DNA of 64,000 nucleotides from a bacterium (GCA_965205865.1 CBDBHR010000030.1:515031-579030); one strand, 5' to 3'. Shown: positions 41,158 through 51,278, counted from the first letter of the stretch. The notes: generated by a model from the sequence alone, not told the origin. Translations and numbers: made by a program.

Positions 41158-42699
41158 ATGTCGACCCGCAAAACATCCGCACCGCAACAGCAAAGTAAGG
41201 GGGAAACCCGGGCGGGGGTCCGCTCTTCCAATCCCCTCGAGGCGCGTTCCGCGCTTTATGGTCTGTTGCCTTCGATCAGGGAAGTCGATCATTATCTGAA
41301 AGCGCGCGATCTGCACTTTGGTAAACCGGTGCGCGCCCATGTCAACGGGGTTCTGGACGGATTGCGGGAAGAAATTTCAGCTTCAATCAATCCCCCTCCC
41401 CTGGAGGGAGGGGCCAGGGGAGGGGGATTGGCGGAGGGTGGAGAGCCGGCGGTCCCCCCTTTGCCGTTTTCCAGCAAAGAGCAAATCCTGGAGCATCTGG
41501 CTGCGATCGTCAGGCAGCGGGGTCAGATCAGTATTCGTCGCGTGATCAATGCGACCGGCGTGGTCATTCATACCAATCTGGGCCGCGCTCCTATTTCGCG
41601 GAAATTGATCGATTCGATTCTGCCGCTGCTCTCTTCTTATGCCACCGTCGAGTACGATTTGGAATCCGGCAAACGCGGCACCCGTGGCGAGGGAGTGAGG
41701 AATCACCTGCGCTTTCTATCGGGAGCGGAGGACGCGCTGGTGGTCAACAACAATGCCGCGGCGCTTTATTTGATGCTGGTGGCCCTGGCTTACGGAAAGG
41801 AAGTGATTGTTTCCCGCGGGGAACTCATGGAAATAGGTGGATCCTTCCGCGTTCCGGACATCATGCGGGCTGCCGGCGTTCGACTGGTGGAAGTGGGAAC
41901 GACCAACCGCACGCGTCTTTCCGATTATGAAAAAGCCATCAACGGCAATACGGCCGCCTTGCTGAAAGTTCATCCTTCCAATTACGAGATGCGGGGATTT
42001 GTCGAGGAGACGCCGGTTGCCCAAATTTCCCGGTTGGCGCGCGAGCATGAACTGTTCGCGTTCCATGATCTGGGAAGCGGCAATTTCTATCAATTCGAAC
42101 AGCCGGCCTTGCGGGGTATCTCCACGGTGCAGTGGGAAGTACGCAGTGGAGTCGACCTGCTGACCTTCAGTGGAGATAAATTACTGGGCAGTACCCAGGC
42201 AGGCATCGTGGTTGGTCGTAAAAATCTGATCCGCCGACTTGCCCGCCATCCCCTGTTCCGCGTGCTGCGTTTGGACAAGATCACCATGGCTTTGCTGGAA
42301 GTCCATCTGGCAGCCTATTTTCAAATGGAGACACTGGCCAGCGCCATCCCCACCATCGGACTATTGGAACAATCGAGCGACGCCATCCGGCAAAAGGCGG
42401 AGACCGTGCTGCGCTCCCTCAGCATTCCTCCTCGATGCGGCTGGTCCTGCAAGTTGGCAGCGGCAGCTTCCCTGAGCGGAGGTGGGGCTTTGCCGGAAAT
42501 TTATCTCGATTCCTATTGCCTGGTGCTGGAACACGTCACTTTGCCTGCTGAAAAAATCCAGCAGTTTTTCCGACAACAGGAGATACCGGTCATTGCAAGA
42601 GTGCGGAACAACCAGGTCTGGCTGGATTTCCGCACGGTTTTTCCCGAGGAATTTCCCCTGATCACTCGCGTTCTTCATCAACTGTTCGCTGCTCAATGA
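41158..42699 (+). CDS. selA: L-seryl-tRNA(Sec) selenium transferase.
   Basis: SelA motifs INATGVVIHTNLGRAP, VVNNNAAAL, VSRGELMEIGGSFR, FSGDKLLG. Contains an in-frame REP-like insert (NPPPLEGGARGGGLAEGG) in the N-terminal linker. Confidence 0.85.
   Translation: MSTRKTSAPQQQSKGETRAGVRSSNPLEARSALYGLLPSIREVDHYLKARDLHFGKPVRAHVNGVLDGLREEISASINPPPLEGGARGGGLAEGGEPAVPPLPFSSKEQILEHLAAIVRQRGQISIRRVINATGVVIHTNLGRAPISRKLIDSILPLLSSYATVEYDLESGKRGTRGEGVRNHLRFLSGAEDALVVNNNAAALYLMLVALAYGKEVIVSRGELMEIGGSFRVPDIMRAAGVRLVEVGTTNRTRLSDYEKAINGNTAALLKVHPSNYEMRGFVEETPVAQISRLAREHELFAFHDLGSGNFYQFEQPALRGISTVQWEVRSGVDLLTFSGDKLLGSTQAGIVVGRKNLIRRLARHPLFRVLRLDKITMALLEVHLAAYFQMETLASAIPTIGLLEQSSDAIRQKAETVLRSLSIPPRCGWSCKLAAAASLSGGGALPEIYLDSYCLVLEHVTLPAEKIQQFFRQQEIPVIARVRNNQVWLDFRTVFPEEFPLITRVLHQLFAAQ
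41391..41427. repeat. REP-like G/C palindromic element inside the selA coding sequence (in-frame).
   Basis: tccccctcccctggagggaggggccaggggaggggga; identical to the core unit of the 48.4-kb tandem array. Confidence 0.85.
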
Positions 42700-42817
42700 A
42701 ACGTGGCATCCGAAAGTCCGGCGCAAAACGGTCTTGAACCTATCAGCAATATGATTCATAACAGCTTAAATTTTTTATTCTCTTTCAATGGCTCCATCCC
42801 CTCCTCGACAGAGGCTT

Positions 42818-44146
42818 ATGACAGACACGTTGACTGAACAAGCGCAAATTGCCCGGCGCGCTTCCCTCGAGTTGGCTAATTTGCAAACAAGCCGGAAAAA
42901 TCGGGTACTGCAAGCGATTGCGGAAAACTTGCGTCTGAACCGGCAGAAAATCCTGCAAGCCAACGCCTTGGATCAAGTGCAGGCCAAAGCGATCATGGAA
43001 GCGGGAAAGCTTTCTGCTTCCGCCTTCGCGCGGGTTTCATTGAATGAAAAAAAAATCGAGCAGATGGCGCTCAATATGGAAAGCGTGGCTCGCTTGCCGG
43101 ACCCCGTCGGAAAAATCGAAAGGGGCACGCGGCTGGCGGATGGTCTGGAACTTTACCGGGTGTCCTGTCCACTGGGGGTCATTCTGGCGATTTTTGAATC
43201 ACGGCCCGAGGTGCTTGCGCAGATTTCCGCCTTGGCGATCAAGTCGGGCAACGCGGTGATTCTCAAAGGAGGCAGCGAGGCGCAACACTCCAATCAAGCG
43301 CTGGCCCGGTTGATAGGGGAAACGCTGGCCCGGTTCGATTTCATGCCGCAGGGAACGACGTCGCTGCTCAATACCCGTGCGCAAGTGTCCCGCATTCTGC
43401 AAGCCGCTGACTGCATCGATTTGATCGTCCCACGCGGAAGCAATTCCCTGGTGCGCTACGTCCAGGCCCATTCCCGAGTGCCCGTGCTGGCCCATGCGGA
43501 TGGCATTTGCCACGTTTATCTCGATTGCCGGGCCGACCTGGGCAAGAGTGAGGAAATCGTACTCGATGCCAAGCTGCAATATCCGGCGGTCTGCAACGCT
43601 ATGGAAACGATGCTGGTTCATCGAGCATTCCCTCGATCTTCCCTGGTGGATATCCTGAAAAAGCTGCAAGACGCCGAGGTGGATTTGCGTGTTTGTGAGA
43701 CGACCCGACAGCGTCTGCAGGGAGTCGATTCATTGCGTCTGAAAGAAGCATTGCCGGAAGACTGGGTGACGGAATACGGCGATTTGATCCTTTCCGTAAA
43801 AACGGTCTCTTCTCTGCAGGAGGCTGTGGCCCACATCAATGCTTTCGGTTCCAAACACACGGACGCGATCGTCACCGAAAACAAGGAAAAGGCGGAATGG
43901 TTCATGAATCAAGTGGACGCGGCCAATGTCTTTTGGAACGCTTCCACCCGATTTTCCGATGGCTTTCGCTACGGATTCGGCGCCGAAGTGGGAATCAGCA
44001 CCAGTAAAACCCATGCCCGTGGTCCGGTGGGATTGGAAGGGCTGGTGATTTACAAATACAAATTGTACGGGCAGGGACAAAGCGTGGGGCGTTTCGAGGG
44101 ATCAGGCGCTGATTACCTGCATGAAGCGATCCCACCCGTTCAATAG
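42818..44146 (+). CDS. proA: Gamma-glutamyl phosphate reductase.
   Basis: Aldehyde-dehydrogenase fold with ProA-specific sequence (VILKGGSEA; catalytic Cys in NASTRFSDG region). Confidence 0.9.
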   Translation: MTDTLTEQAQIARRASLELANLQTSRKNRVLQAIAENLRLNRQKILQANALDQVQAKAIMEAGKLSASAFARVSLNEKKIEQMALNMESVARLPDPVGKIERGTRLADGLELYRVSCPLGVILAIFESRPEVLAQISALAIKSGNAVILKGGSEAQHSNQALARLIGETLARFDFMPQGTTSLLNTRAQVSRILQAADCIDLIVPRGSNSLVRYVQAHSRVPVLAHADGICHVYLDCRADLGKSEEIVLDAKLQYPAVCNAMETMLVHRAFPRSSLVDILKKLQDAEVDLRVCETTRQRLQGVDSLRLKEALPEDWVTEYGDLILSVKTVSSLQEAVAHINAFGSKHTDAIVTENKEKAEWFMNQVDAANVFWNASTRFSDGFRYGFGAEVGISTSKTHARGPVGLEGLVIYKYKLYGQGQSVGRFEGSGADYLHEAIPPVQ

Positions 44147-44156
44147 ATGAAAAGAG

Positions 44157-44819
44157 ATGCGATTGATTTTTTTAGGCGCCCCGGGGTCGGGTAAAGGAAC
44201 ACAGGCGCAAAAGTTCGTGAAGGATTTTGGTATCGTGCAACTTTCCACGGGCGATATGCTCCGCAAGGCGGTGGCTGGCGGGATGGAAATCGGACTGAGA
44301 GCCGCGGCGGTGATGGAGTCGGGCCAACTGGTAGCCGACGAAATCATGATCGGCATTATCCGGGAACGGCTTGCGGCGCCGGACTGCGCCAATGGCTATC
44401 TCCTCGACGGCTTCCCACGCACGGTGGCGCAAGCCGAAAAACTGGATGAGTTGCTCGCGGAAAGAAAGGAAAGGATCGATGCCGCTATTTATTTGATGGT
44501 GGCAGACGATTTGTTGCTCAGGCGAATCATGGGACGGCGCGTGCATCTGCCCAGCGGTCGCGTTTATCACGTCGAATTCAATCCACCCCGAATCCCCGGC
44601 AAAGATGACGTCAGCGGCGAAGTCCTCACGCATCGAAAAGATGACACCGAGGACACGGTCAGGGAACGCCTGGCCGCATATCTCGAACAAACCGAACCCT
44701 TGACCGGCTACTATGCGAAGGCCGGGATGCTCGCAAAGGTGGACGGGGTCGGAGAAATCGAAGAAATATATTCCCGTATCAAAAGCGCTGTTTCCCGTTG
44801 TGGCGAGGAGAACCTTTGA
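44157..44819 (+). CDS. adk: Adenylate kinase.
   Basis: MRLIFLGAPGSGKGTQA P-loop; LID domain. Confidence 0.9.
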   Translation: MRLIFLGAPGSGKGTQAQKFVKDFGIVQLSTGDMLRKAVAGGMEIGLRAAAVMESGQLVADEIMIGIIRERLAAPDCANGYLLDGFPRTVAQAEKLDELLAERKERIDAAIYLMVADDLLLRRIMGRRVHLPSGRVYHVEFNPPRIPGKDDVSGEVLTHRKDDTEDTVRERLAAYLEQTEPLTGYYAKAGMLAKVDGVGEIEEIYSRIKSAVSRCGEENL

Positions 44820-44841
44820 AACCATCACGACAACCGTGAGC

Positions 44842-45297
44842 ATGGATTTAACAAAAGAACTGGAACAACGCCTGCACCGGGATATCGCCATGACACGACA
44901 CATGGGACTGCGCGTCGAAGAGTATGGTGGCAAAGGCTTGGTGCTCAGCGCTCCCCTGGCAAAAAATCTCAACCACAAACAAACCGCTTTCGGAGGCAGT
45001 TTGAACAGCCTGGTGACTTTGGCGGGATGGGGTATGGTTTATCTCCTCTTGAAGGAAATGGGACGGGAAGCCCATATCATCATTCAGGAAAGTGAGATTT
45101 CGTATCTCAAACCGGTGAAGGATGATTTTCAGGCAATTTGCCCTCTTCCCGAAGAGCAAGTGCTCTTCAAATTCCAAAGGATGATCCGCAAAAAGAAAAT
45201 AGGGCGGATTTCGTTGCCTTCTTTCATATACCGGAAAAAGGAATTGGCTGTCTCATTCCAGGGAAGCTACGTGGCCACCGTCTTTTCTGAAAGATGA
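44842..45297 (+). CDS. Hotdog-fold thioesterase-like protein (YiiD C-terminal-domain-like).
   Basis: About 151 aa from MDLTKELEQRL; pattern resembles thioesterase/DUF4442 hotdog proteins. Weak assignment. Confidence 0.4.
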   Translation: MDLTKELEQRLHRDIAMTRHMGLRVEEYGGKGLVLSAPLAKNLNHKQTAFGGSLNSLVTLAGWGMVYLLLKEMGREAHIIIQESEISYLKPVKDDFQAICPLPEEQVLFKFQRMIRKKKIGRISLPSFIYRKKELAVSFQGSYVATVFSER

Positions 45298-45344
45298 TAA
45301 AGCGTCCTTCGTTCAAGTTATCCAAGTTATCGGGAGTCACCTAG

Positions 45345-47144
45345 TTGCAGCAACAGTACATACGAAATTTTTGCATCATCGCTCACGTCGATCATGGCAA
45401 ATCCACTTTGGCGGACCGTTTGATGGAACGCACCGGTGCCGTCAGTGCCCGGGAATCCCGCGATCAGCTGCTCGATTCCATGGATATCGAGCGGGAACGG
45501 GGCATCACCATCAAATCTCAGACGGCCAGCCTGCGATACGAAGCCGGGGATGGCCACACTTATTTGTTGAATCTGATCGACACTCCCGGACACGTTGATT
45601 TCAGCTATGAAGTGTCACGCTCCCTGGCTGCCTGTGAAGGGGCCCTCTTGGTCGTGGACGCGGCACAGGGTGTAGAGGCCCAGACGCTGGCCAACGTTTA
45701 CCTGGCATTGGACAATGACCTGGAGATTCTGCCGGTGCTGAACAAGATCGACCTGCCCACCGCTCGCGCAGATCAGGTTTGCCGGGAAATCGAAGACCTG
45801 ATCGGTCTGGATACCAGCATGGCCGTCCGTGCCAGCGCCAAGCAAAACACGGGCATTGCCGAAATCCTGGAGCAAATCGTGGCTTTGATCCCTCCTCCCC
45901 GCGGGGTGGTGAAAGCGCCGTTGCGAGCCTTGATTTTCGATTCCTGGTTCGACGCCTATCTGGGCATCGTCGTCATGGTGCGGGTGGTGGACGGCAAGGT
46001 CCGGCTAGGGGATAAAATCCGTTTCATGGCAACCGGGAGGGAATATGAAGTCCTGCAATTGGGAAATTTCAATCCCTTTCAGCAAGAAAAAAAAGTATTG
46101 CTGAGCGGAGAGGTGGGATTTATCAGCGCCTCCATCAAAACCATCGGCCACACTAAAATCGGGGACACGGTAACCTTGCGCGATCACCCGGCGCGAGAGC
46201 CCCTGCCGGGATACGCTGAAGCGAAACCGGTGGTTTTCAGCGGAATCTATCCCCTGGAAAGCGAGGCTTATGAAGAACTGAAGGACGCTCTGCGCAAACT
46301 GACCCTCAACGACGTCTCCATCACCTATCAGCCCGAAAGCTCGGCAGCCCTCGGTTTCGGGTTTCGTTGCGGGTTTTTAGGGTTGCTCCACATGGAAATC
46401 GCTCAGGAACGCCTGGAACGTGAATTCGAGTTGCAACTGATCGCCACTGCGCCGACGGTTATTTACCGGGTTCACTTGAAGAATGGGGAGGTCTTGCAAA
46501 TCGACAATCCTGCGCGACTGCCCCCTGCCATGGAGATCGATCGCATCGAGGAACCTTTCGTCCGTGGAAAAATAATGAGCCCCCCGGAATTTCTCGGCAA
46601 TCTCTTGTCGTTGTGCCAGGAAAATCGCGGAATTCAGCTCGGCATCGAATACCCGACGCCCGACCGCACCCTGCTCATCTATGATTTTCCCCTCAACGAG
46701 ATCATGATGAATTTTTATGATCGCTTGAAATCGATTTCGAGAGGTTATGCTTCCTTTGATTATGAACTGCTCGATTACCGGAAAGGCGACCTGGTCAAAC
46801 TGGATTTAGCGCTCAACGGCAACCCGGTGGATGCTCTCTCGCTGATCGTGGCCAGGGTGAACGCCTATTACCGGGGGCGGGAACTGGCGTCCAAAATCAA
46901 GAGTCTCATTCCGCGACAGATGTATGAAGTGGCCATTCAGGCAGCTATCGGTACTAAAGTGATTGCCCGGGAAACCCTGGGCGCCCTGCGCAAAAACGTG
47001 ACGGCCAAATGTTACGGAGGAGATATCACCCGCAAACGCAAGTTGCTGGAAAAACAAAAAGAAGGGAAAAAACGAATGAAACGTCTGGGAACCGTGGAGG
47101 TGCCTCAGGAAGCATTCATGGCAGTCTTGAAACTGGACAAATGA
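45345..47144 (+). CDS. lepA: Elongation factor 4.
   Basis: [30 protein letters not shown]; LepA C-terminal domain. 599 aa. Confidence 0.9.
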   Translation: MQQQYIRNFCIIAHVDHGKSTLADRLMERTGAVSARESRDQLLDSMDIERERGITIKSQTASLRYEAGDGHTYLLNLIDTPGHVDFSYEVSRSLAACEGALLVVDAAQGVEAQTLANVYLALDNDLEILPVLNKIDLPTARADQVCREIEDLIGLDTSMAVRASAKQNTGIAEILEQIVALIPPPRGVVKAPLRALIFDSWFDAYLGIVVMVRVVDGKVRLGDKIRFMATGREYEVLQLGNFNPFQQEKKVLLSGEVGFISASIKTIGHTKIGDTVTLRDHPAREPLPGYAEAKPVVFSGIYPLESEAYEELKDALRKLTLNDVSITYQPESSAALGFGFRCGFLGLLHMEIAQERLEREFELQLIATAPTVIYRVHLKNGEVLQIDNPARLPPAMEIDRIEEPFVRGKIMSPPEFLGNLLSLCQENRGIQLGIEYPTPDRTLLIYDFPLNEIMMNFYDRLKSISRGYASFDYELLDYRKGDLVKLDLALNGNPVDALSLIVARVNAYYRGRELASKIKSLIPRQMYEVAIQAAIGTKVIARETLGALRKNVTAKCYGGDITRKRKLLEKQKEGKKRMKRLGTVEVPQEAFMAVLKLDK

Positions 47145-47180
47145 AACAATGGATTGATCTTCGGGGAAAAAAGCAGTGGG

Positions 47181-47237
47181 GGCGCCCGCGAGGGGTGCTT
47201 CAATCATCTCCGTAGGGGCGCCCTCGCGGGTGCCCTT
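47181..47237. terminator. Candidate bidirectional stem-loop terminator between the convergent lepA and sprT-like genes.
   Basis: gggcgcccgcgaggggtgc ... gtaggggcgccctcgcgggtgccc can form a GC-rich stem of about 10 bp. Confidence 0.35.
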
Positions 47238-47628
47238 AGGATTGATCATTGAAGGCATAAATCACTTTCGCCCTGCAATAGCGGCAGACCAGATTTTTCC
47301 GTTTGCGGTGCACTTCCCGTTTCCAGCAGTGGTTTGAGCATTGCTGAATATATTTCGCTTCAACGAATTTCAGGGAGTGACAGCGCTGGGCTTTGCAACC
47401 GATCGCCAAGGCGACCTGTCGCCAGACCCGGTCATGTCCGCGCATGGGAGTGAGCGCGTGAGCGATTTCATGCAAGATGGTATCAGTGATTTCGGCATGA
47501 AGAGCATGGACGGTGAAATGTCTTGAAAGGGAGATTAATTTTTTATCGTAGCGACACTGGCCCGCTCTCGACCGGGCGTGATCGAATTGAAATTGCCATC
47601 CCTTTTGGATCAATCCATGCTTGCGCAT
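47236..47628 (-). CDS. SprT-like zinc metallopeptidase-domain protein. The ORF is open further upstream to 47745.
   Basis: HEIAHAL zincin motif followed by Cys-rich zinc-ribbon-like C-terminus (CSNHC..CRYCRAK). Confidence 0.6.
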   Translation of the reverse strand: MRKHGLIQKGWQFQFDHARSRAGQCRYDKKLISLSRHFTVHALHAEITDTILHEIAHALTPMRGHDRVWRQVALAIGCKAQRCHSLKFVEAKYIQQCSNHCWKREVHRKRKNLVCRYCRAKVIYAFNDQS

Positions 47629-47730
47629 CAAACAGTGGGCTTCCCGATTCACCTCTTCCTGCCGGGCTGTTTGCTCCTGTTTACCGGGAATATCCTGCTC
47701 CCGGTTGCAATTCCGGCGCTCATTCTTTTG

Positions 47731-47847
47731 TTGATTCCGCATCATTCATCCTTGCCTGGTAGGGGGAACCACATTGTTACGATGCCGGTGCCTGTTCATT
47801 TCTTGATTCCGCATCATTCATCCTTCCCTGGTAGGGGGGAACCACAT
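47731..47847. repeat. Two direct copies of a 44-45-bp repeat (47731-47774 and 47803-47847) separated by 28 bp.
   Basis: ttgattccgcatcattcatccttgcctggtagggggaaccacat and ttgattccgcatcattcatccttccctggtaggggggaaccacat. Confidence 0.85.
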
Positions 47848-47993
47848 TTTTGTTTGCAACTATTCAGGTGCGAGTTTGCTGGGTTTGCGGGTATTTTCCT
47901 TAGAAAAAGCGCACTAAATCATCCACTTTTGAGGTATTTTGACGCAATTTAGAGGTTCTGTCGACCTCTATCCCAGTGTTTTCGCACCTCAAT

Positions 47994-48209
47994 AGTTAGT
48001 GCTTGGCCGAAAAATACTCAAATTGCTGGTATTAAATGACATTTCTTCAATTTCACAGGATGAAGATTTGTTTGATACAGTGTTCAGATGGCCAGAATCA
48101 GCAAAAAATGGGATTTTTGATAAGTTTTCCCAAAATCTTCGTTTCTTGAAAATAGGTGAATACCATTAAATATCATGTAGTTATCTAATTTTCAGCCAAG
48201 CACTAATTA
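47994..48209. repeat. About 15-bp imperfect inverted repeats bracketing roughly 185 bp of AT-rich non-coding DNA (MITE-like or att-like structure).
   Basis: tagttagtgcttggc (47994-48008) and gccaagcactaatta (48195-48209). Additional palindrome tagaggttctgtcgacctcta at 47950-47970. Confidence 0.3.
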
Positions 48210-48382
48210 CTTTTGTTTTAATAGAGGTAATGGTATTTGGGGTCATATTGCTCGGTGTCTTCTCGACCGCAGAGAGAGATCTTCAAGGGTCCTCCGGAAA
48301 CCGGGATTTCAATGTTTCTCTCTCCTCAGGTTTCGCTGGCTTGGACCAAATAGTCAATTCATACGAAGTTGCGCATATAAAG

Positions 48383-48694
48383 AATCCCCCTCCCTTGGAG
48401 GGAGGGGCCAGCACGGGAAAATCCCCCTCCCCTGGAGGGAGGGGCCAGGGGAGGGGGACAGCAGCCCAAAGAATCCCCCTCCACGCCAAGAATCCCCCTC
48501 CACGCCAAGAATCCCCCTCCACGCCAAGAATCCCCCTCCCTTGAAGGGAGGGGCCAGCACGGGAAAATCCCCCTCCCCTGGAGGGAGGGGCCAGGGGAGG
48601 GGGACAGCAGCCCAAAGAATCCCCCTCCACGCCAAGAATCCCCCTCCACGCCAAGAATCCCCCTCCCCTGGAGGGAGGGGCCAGGGGAGGGGGC
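48383..48694. repeat. Nested tandem array of REP-like palindromic elements.
   Basis: Higher-order unit: two palindromic cores (89 bp in total) plus 3 copies of aatccccctccacgccaag, then the same 89 bp plus 2 such copies, then one terminal palindrome. The two 89-bp blocks differ by a single substitution. Confidence 0.9.
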
Positions 48695-48823
48695 GCGAAG
48701 CTGGAAGATCCCCCCCGACGTCAAAAAATTCACTACTCGTCGGGTTGTCTTGATTATCCTAAAGATTTCAGTATTACTCATTGAATCACAACTATTTTTT
48801 ATTATTTTCCCTATTCCGGAGCC

Positions 48824-50872
48824 ATGAGATTTCAACTGTATTTTCGTCTTGTACTGCTGCTTTTTTGTTATTTTCTGGGAGCATGTTTCGTCTTTTTTCT
48901 TTTTCGTCTCAACTTTTTGATTCGTTTTGGAGATTTACATGAAATTTCAGTTCATTATAAATGGGACCTGTTCGAGTCTTTTTGGATGGGCGCCCGTTTC
49001 GACGCCAAGGTGCTGGCCATCTCACTGGCGCCTCTCTTTGTTTTATGCGCCTTGAGTCTGCCTTTTCCCAAGGTGAGTCGGAATCTCATATTCTTTTGCT
49101 GGCCCTGGCTTGTTTTACAGTCTTTGCTGCTTTATTTCTTGCTTTTTATAGACCAGCTTTATTACGGTTATTTTCAAAACCATATCGATATTCGCATTTT
49201 TGGTTTTATGGAAGACGATACCCGGGCCTTGCTGGACACTTTCTGGCAGGAATACCCTGTATTGCCTGTTCTTTCCCTTTTGTTATTGCTGTCTGTTCTG
49301 ACGGGCTGGCTGCTTTGGAAATTGCATGCGCGCCTGCGAAACAGAAAAGCGCCCGCCTGTTTTTCGGGGTCGGCAGCCCGCATCTCTTTTGTGATTTTTA
49401 CTTTGCTTTTCGTCAGTTTGGCGGCGCGCGGTTCGCTTGGCGTCTTTCCGCTCGCAAACCAGGAACGTGGCATCTCGGATCACCAGTTTCTGAATTTATT
49501 GGCGTATAACGGCATTTTTAGTTTTTATGATGCCTTCCAGCACCGGATAGAGAATCGATTTTCCACGGACATGGCACCTGTTTTAGCCAGGTATGAACAC
49601 AAAGACCTCCGGGAAGCGCTGCGCAACTATTACCAGCTTGCCAGCCCTCAGGCTCCTTTTCGAAGGTATATGTTCCGCAAGTCGGAGACCGCCTTCAGTG
49701 CTCCGGATAGGAAGTACCACGTCATTCTGATCATCATGGAAAGCTGGAGCGGATATTATTTTCGTTGGCATAACCCGAGCTTTCACCTGTTGGGTCGTCT
49801 GGAGAAGCATTGGGATTCGTTGCTCCATTTCCCATACTTTTTTTCTGCGGAAAATGGCACTATTCTCGGTCTCGAAAGCCTTCTCATAAGAAATTCGGGG
49901 TCAATTTTATCACAGACAAAGTATGCTTCGCACAGCTTCGACACTGCCATCACGCGTCCATTCCTGAAGGCCGGTTATGAAACGCACTTTATCAGCAGTG
50001 GTAAACTGGCATGGCGTAATCTCGATTTATTTTTGCCAATGCAAGGTTTTGAGAAGCTCAGTGGCCAGGTAAAATTAGAATCCTTGCGCAAGGATGAGAA
50101 TGCGCAAAATAACGTCTGGGGTGTTTTTGACGGGTATATGTTTGATTTTATGCTGGAAACCCTGCGCCAGGCTGAGAAACCTCAATTTATGGTAGCCCTG
50201 AGCATTACTCACCATCCGCCTTATAGAACGCCGGACGAGTACCAGGCTTCAGCGCTGCAAATCCCTCCCGCCCTGAGCGCAAAGCTCAAGACTGATAAGG
50301 ACACGGCTCGACGCGCCTTCCTTTCCTTTCAATACGCCAATGACGCTTTGGGTTATTTCCTGGAGCAGATCGAGCAAAGCAACTTGGCGAAAGAGACGCT
50401 GGTCGTCATGACGGGCGACCACAATACCTGGGGTCTGTTGGATTACGATCAGGAGAATCTGCATTGGAAATATGCGGTCCCCCTTCTTTTTTACCTTCCT
50501 CCGGAATTAAAAGAGAAGGTCTCTTTTGCGGACCACCAGCGCTTTGGTTCCCACGACGATATCTTTCCCACTCTGATGGCTCTGCTCTTTCCCGAAGAGG
50601 AATTTCTGCAAACAGGTTACAATCTTCTTGCTCCCCAAAGGCCGCCAAGTTTTGCAGTGAATGCCGCCGGATGGGCTCTGGACCCGCAAGGAGCCGTTTC
50701 CCTGACGGGTCAGCCTTTGTTTTATAAATGGAGCAGTCCCCAACGCCAGAAGCTGGTCAAAAGCGCTCCCCGGCCTGAACTCATGGAATTGAGAAAGAGG
50801 GCGCAGGCTCGTAAGGTAATTATGAATTATGCGTTGCGCGCCGATATTTCAGGAGAACAGGCAGGAAAATAA
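48824..50872 (+). CDS. LTA-synthase/sulfatase-family membrane protein (phosphoglycerol- or phosphoethanolamine-transferase-like; alkaline-phosphatase superfamily).
   Basis: Five N-terminal TM helices followed by a sulfatase domain (VILIIMESWSG..; TGDHN). 682 aa. Confidence 0.7.
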   Translation: MRFQLYFRLVLLLFCYFLGACFVFFLFRLNFLIRFGDLHEISVHYKWDLFESFWMGARFDAKVLAISLAPLFVLCALSLPFPKVSRNLIFFCWPWLVLQSLLLYFLLFIDQLYYGYFQNHIDIRIFGFMEDDTRALLDTFWQEYPVLPVLSLLLLLSVLTGWLLWKLHARLRNRKAPACFSGSAARISFVIFTLLFVSLAARGSLGVFPLANQERGISDHQFLNLLAYNGIFSFYDAFQHRIENRFSTDMAPVLARYEHKDLREALRNYYQLASPQAPFRRYMFRKSETAFSAPDRKYHVILIIMESWSGYYFRWHNPSFHLLGRLEKHWDSLLHFPYFFSAENGTILGLESLLIRNSGSILSQTKYASHSFDTAITRPFLKAGYETHFISSGKLAWRNLDLFLPMQGFEKLSGQVKLESLRKDENAQNNVWGVFDGYMFDFMLETLRQAEKPQFMVALSITHHPPYRTPDEYQASALQIPPALSAKLKTDKDTARRAFLSFQYANDALGYFLEQIEQSNLAKETLVVMTGDHNTWGLLDYDQENLHWKYAVPLLFYLPPELKEKVSFADHQRFGSHDDIFPTLMALLFPEEEFLQTGYNLLAPQRPPSFAVNAAGWALDPQGAVSLTGQPLFYKWSSPQRQKLVKSAPRPELMELRKRAQARKVIMNYALRADISGEQAGK

Positions 50873-50961
50873 ATGAGGCTGGCACGGAAGGGGTTGAGGT
50901 GAATAAGGTCTCGGAAGGAGACCATGACTCAGTCCTATGTCTTTTCTAACAATTAAATTCA

Positions 50962-50996
50962 AATATGCAAGCCTGACCCCTTTTTTGACCCCTTTT
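50962..50996. repeat. Left inverted repeat (IR-L) bracketing the three-gene cassette.
   Basis: aatatgcaagcctgacccc is a perfect 19-bp reverse complement of 53331-53349. Followed by a duplicated tgacccc(t)ttt motif. Confidence 0.85.
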
Positions 50997-51278
50997 CTCC
51001 AAGAGAAGAAAACTGAAAGATGAAAATATCCCACTTTTACCTTGATTAGTCTTCCAAAATACGAAAAAATCATGAAAAATTGTCCTTTACTCCCAGATTT
51101 CCAGTTGTTATCGTTTTCAGTGATTTTCTTATGTTGATGATTTTCAGATATTGTCTAGATGTCATCATCCTCAATGATTTTTATTTTCCTAAAATGTCAC
51201 CTCTTCCGGGTCTTGTAGTATCCGGAGGTTAGGGAACATACGGAGCTTGAAACACAAGAAATTCGGAGGAAAAACCCC

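Noticed and set aside
47880-48230. Checked the AT-rich block for tmRNA, 6S RNA or CRISPR features.
   Set aside because: No tRNA-like acceptor/T-arm with a tag-peptide reading frame, no regularly spaced direct repeats with unique spacers, and no cas genes nearby.
48283-48835. ORFs 48283..48654, 48354..48635 and 48359..48835 (minus) and 48230..48544, 48541..48753 (plus), with Pro/Gly/Arg-rich translations.
   Set aside because: They are just translations of the tandem G/C palindrome array in various frames. They have no start context and are repetitive low-complexity.
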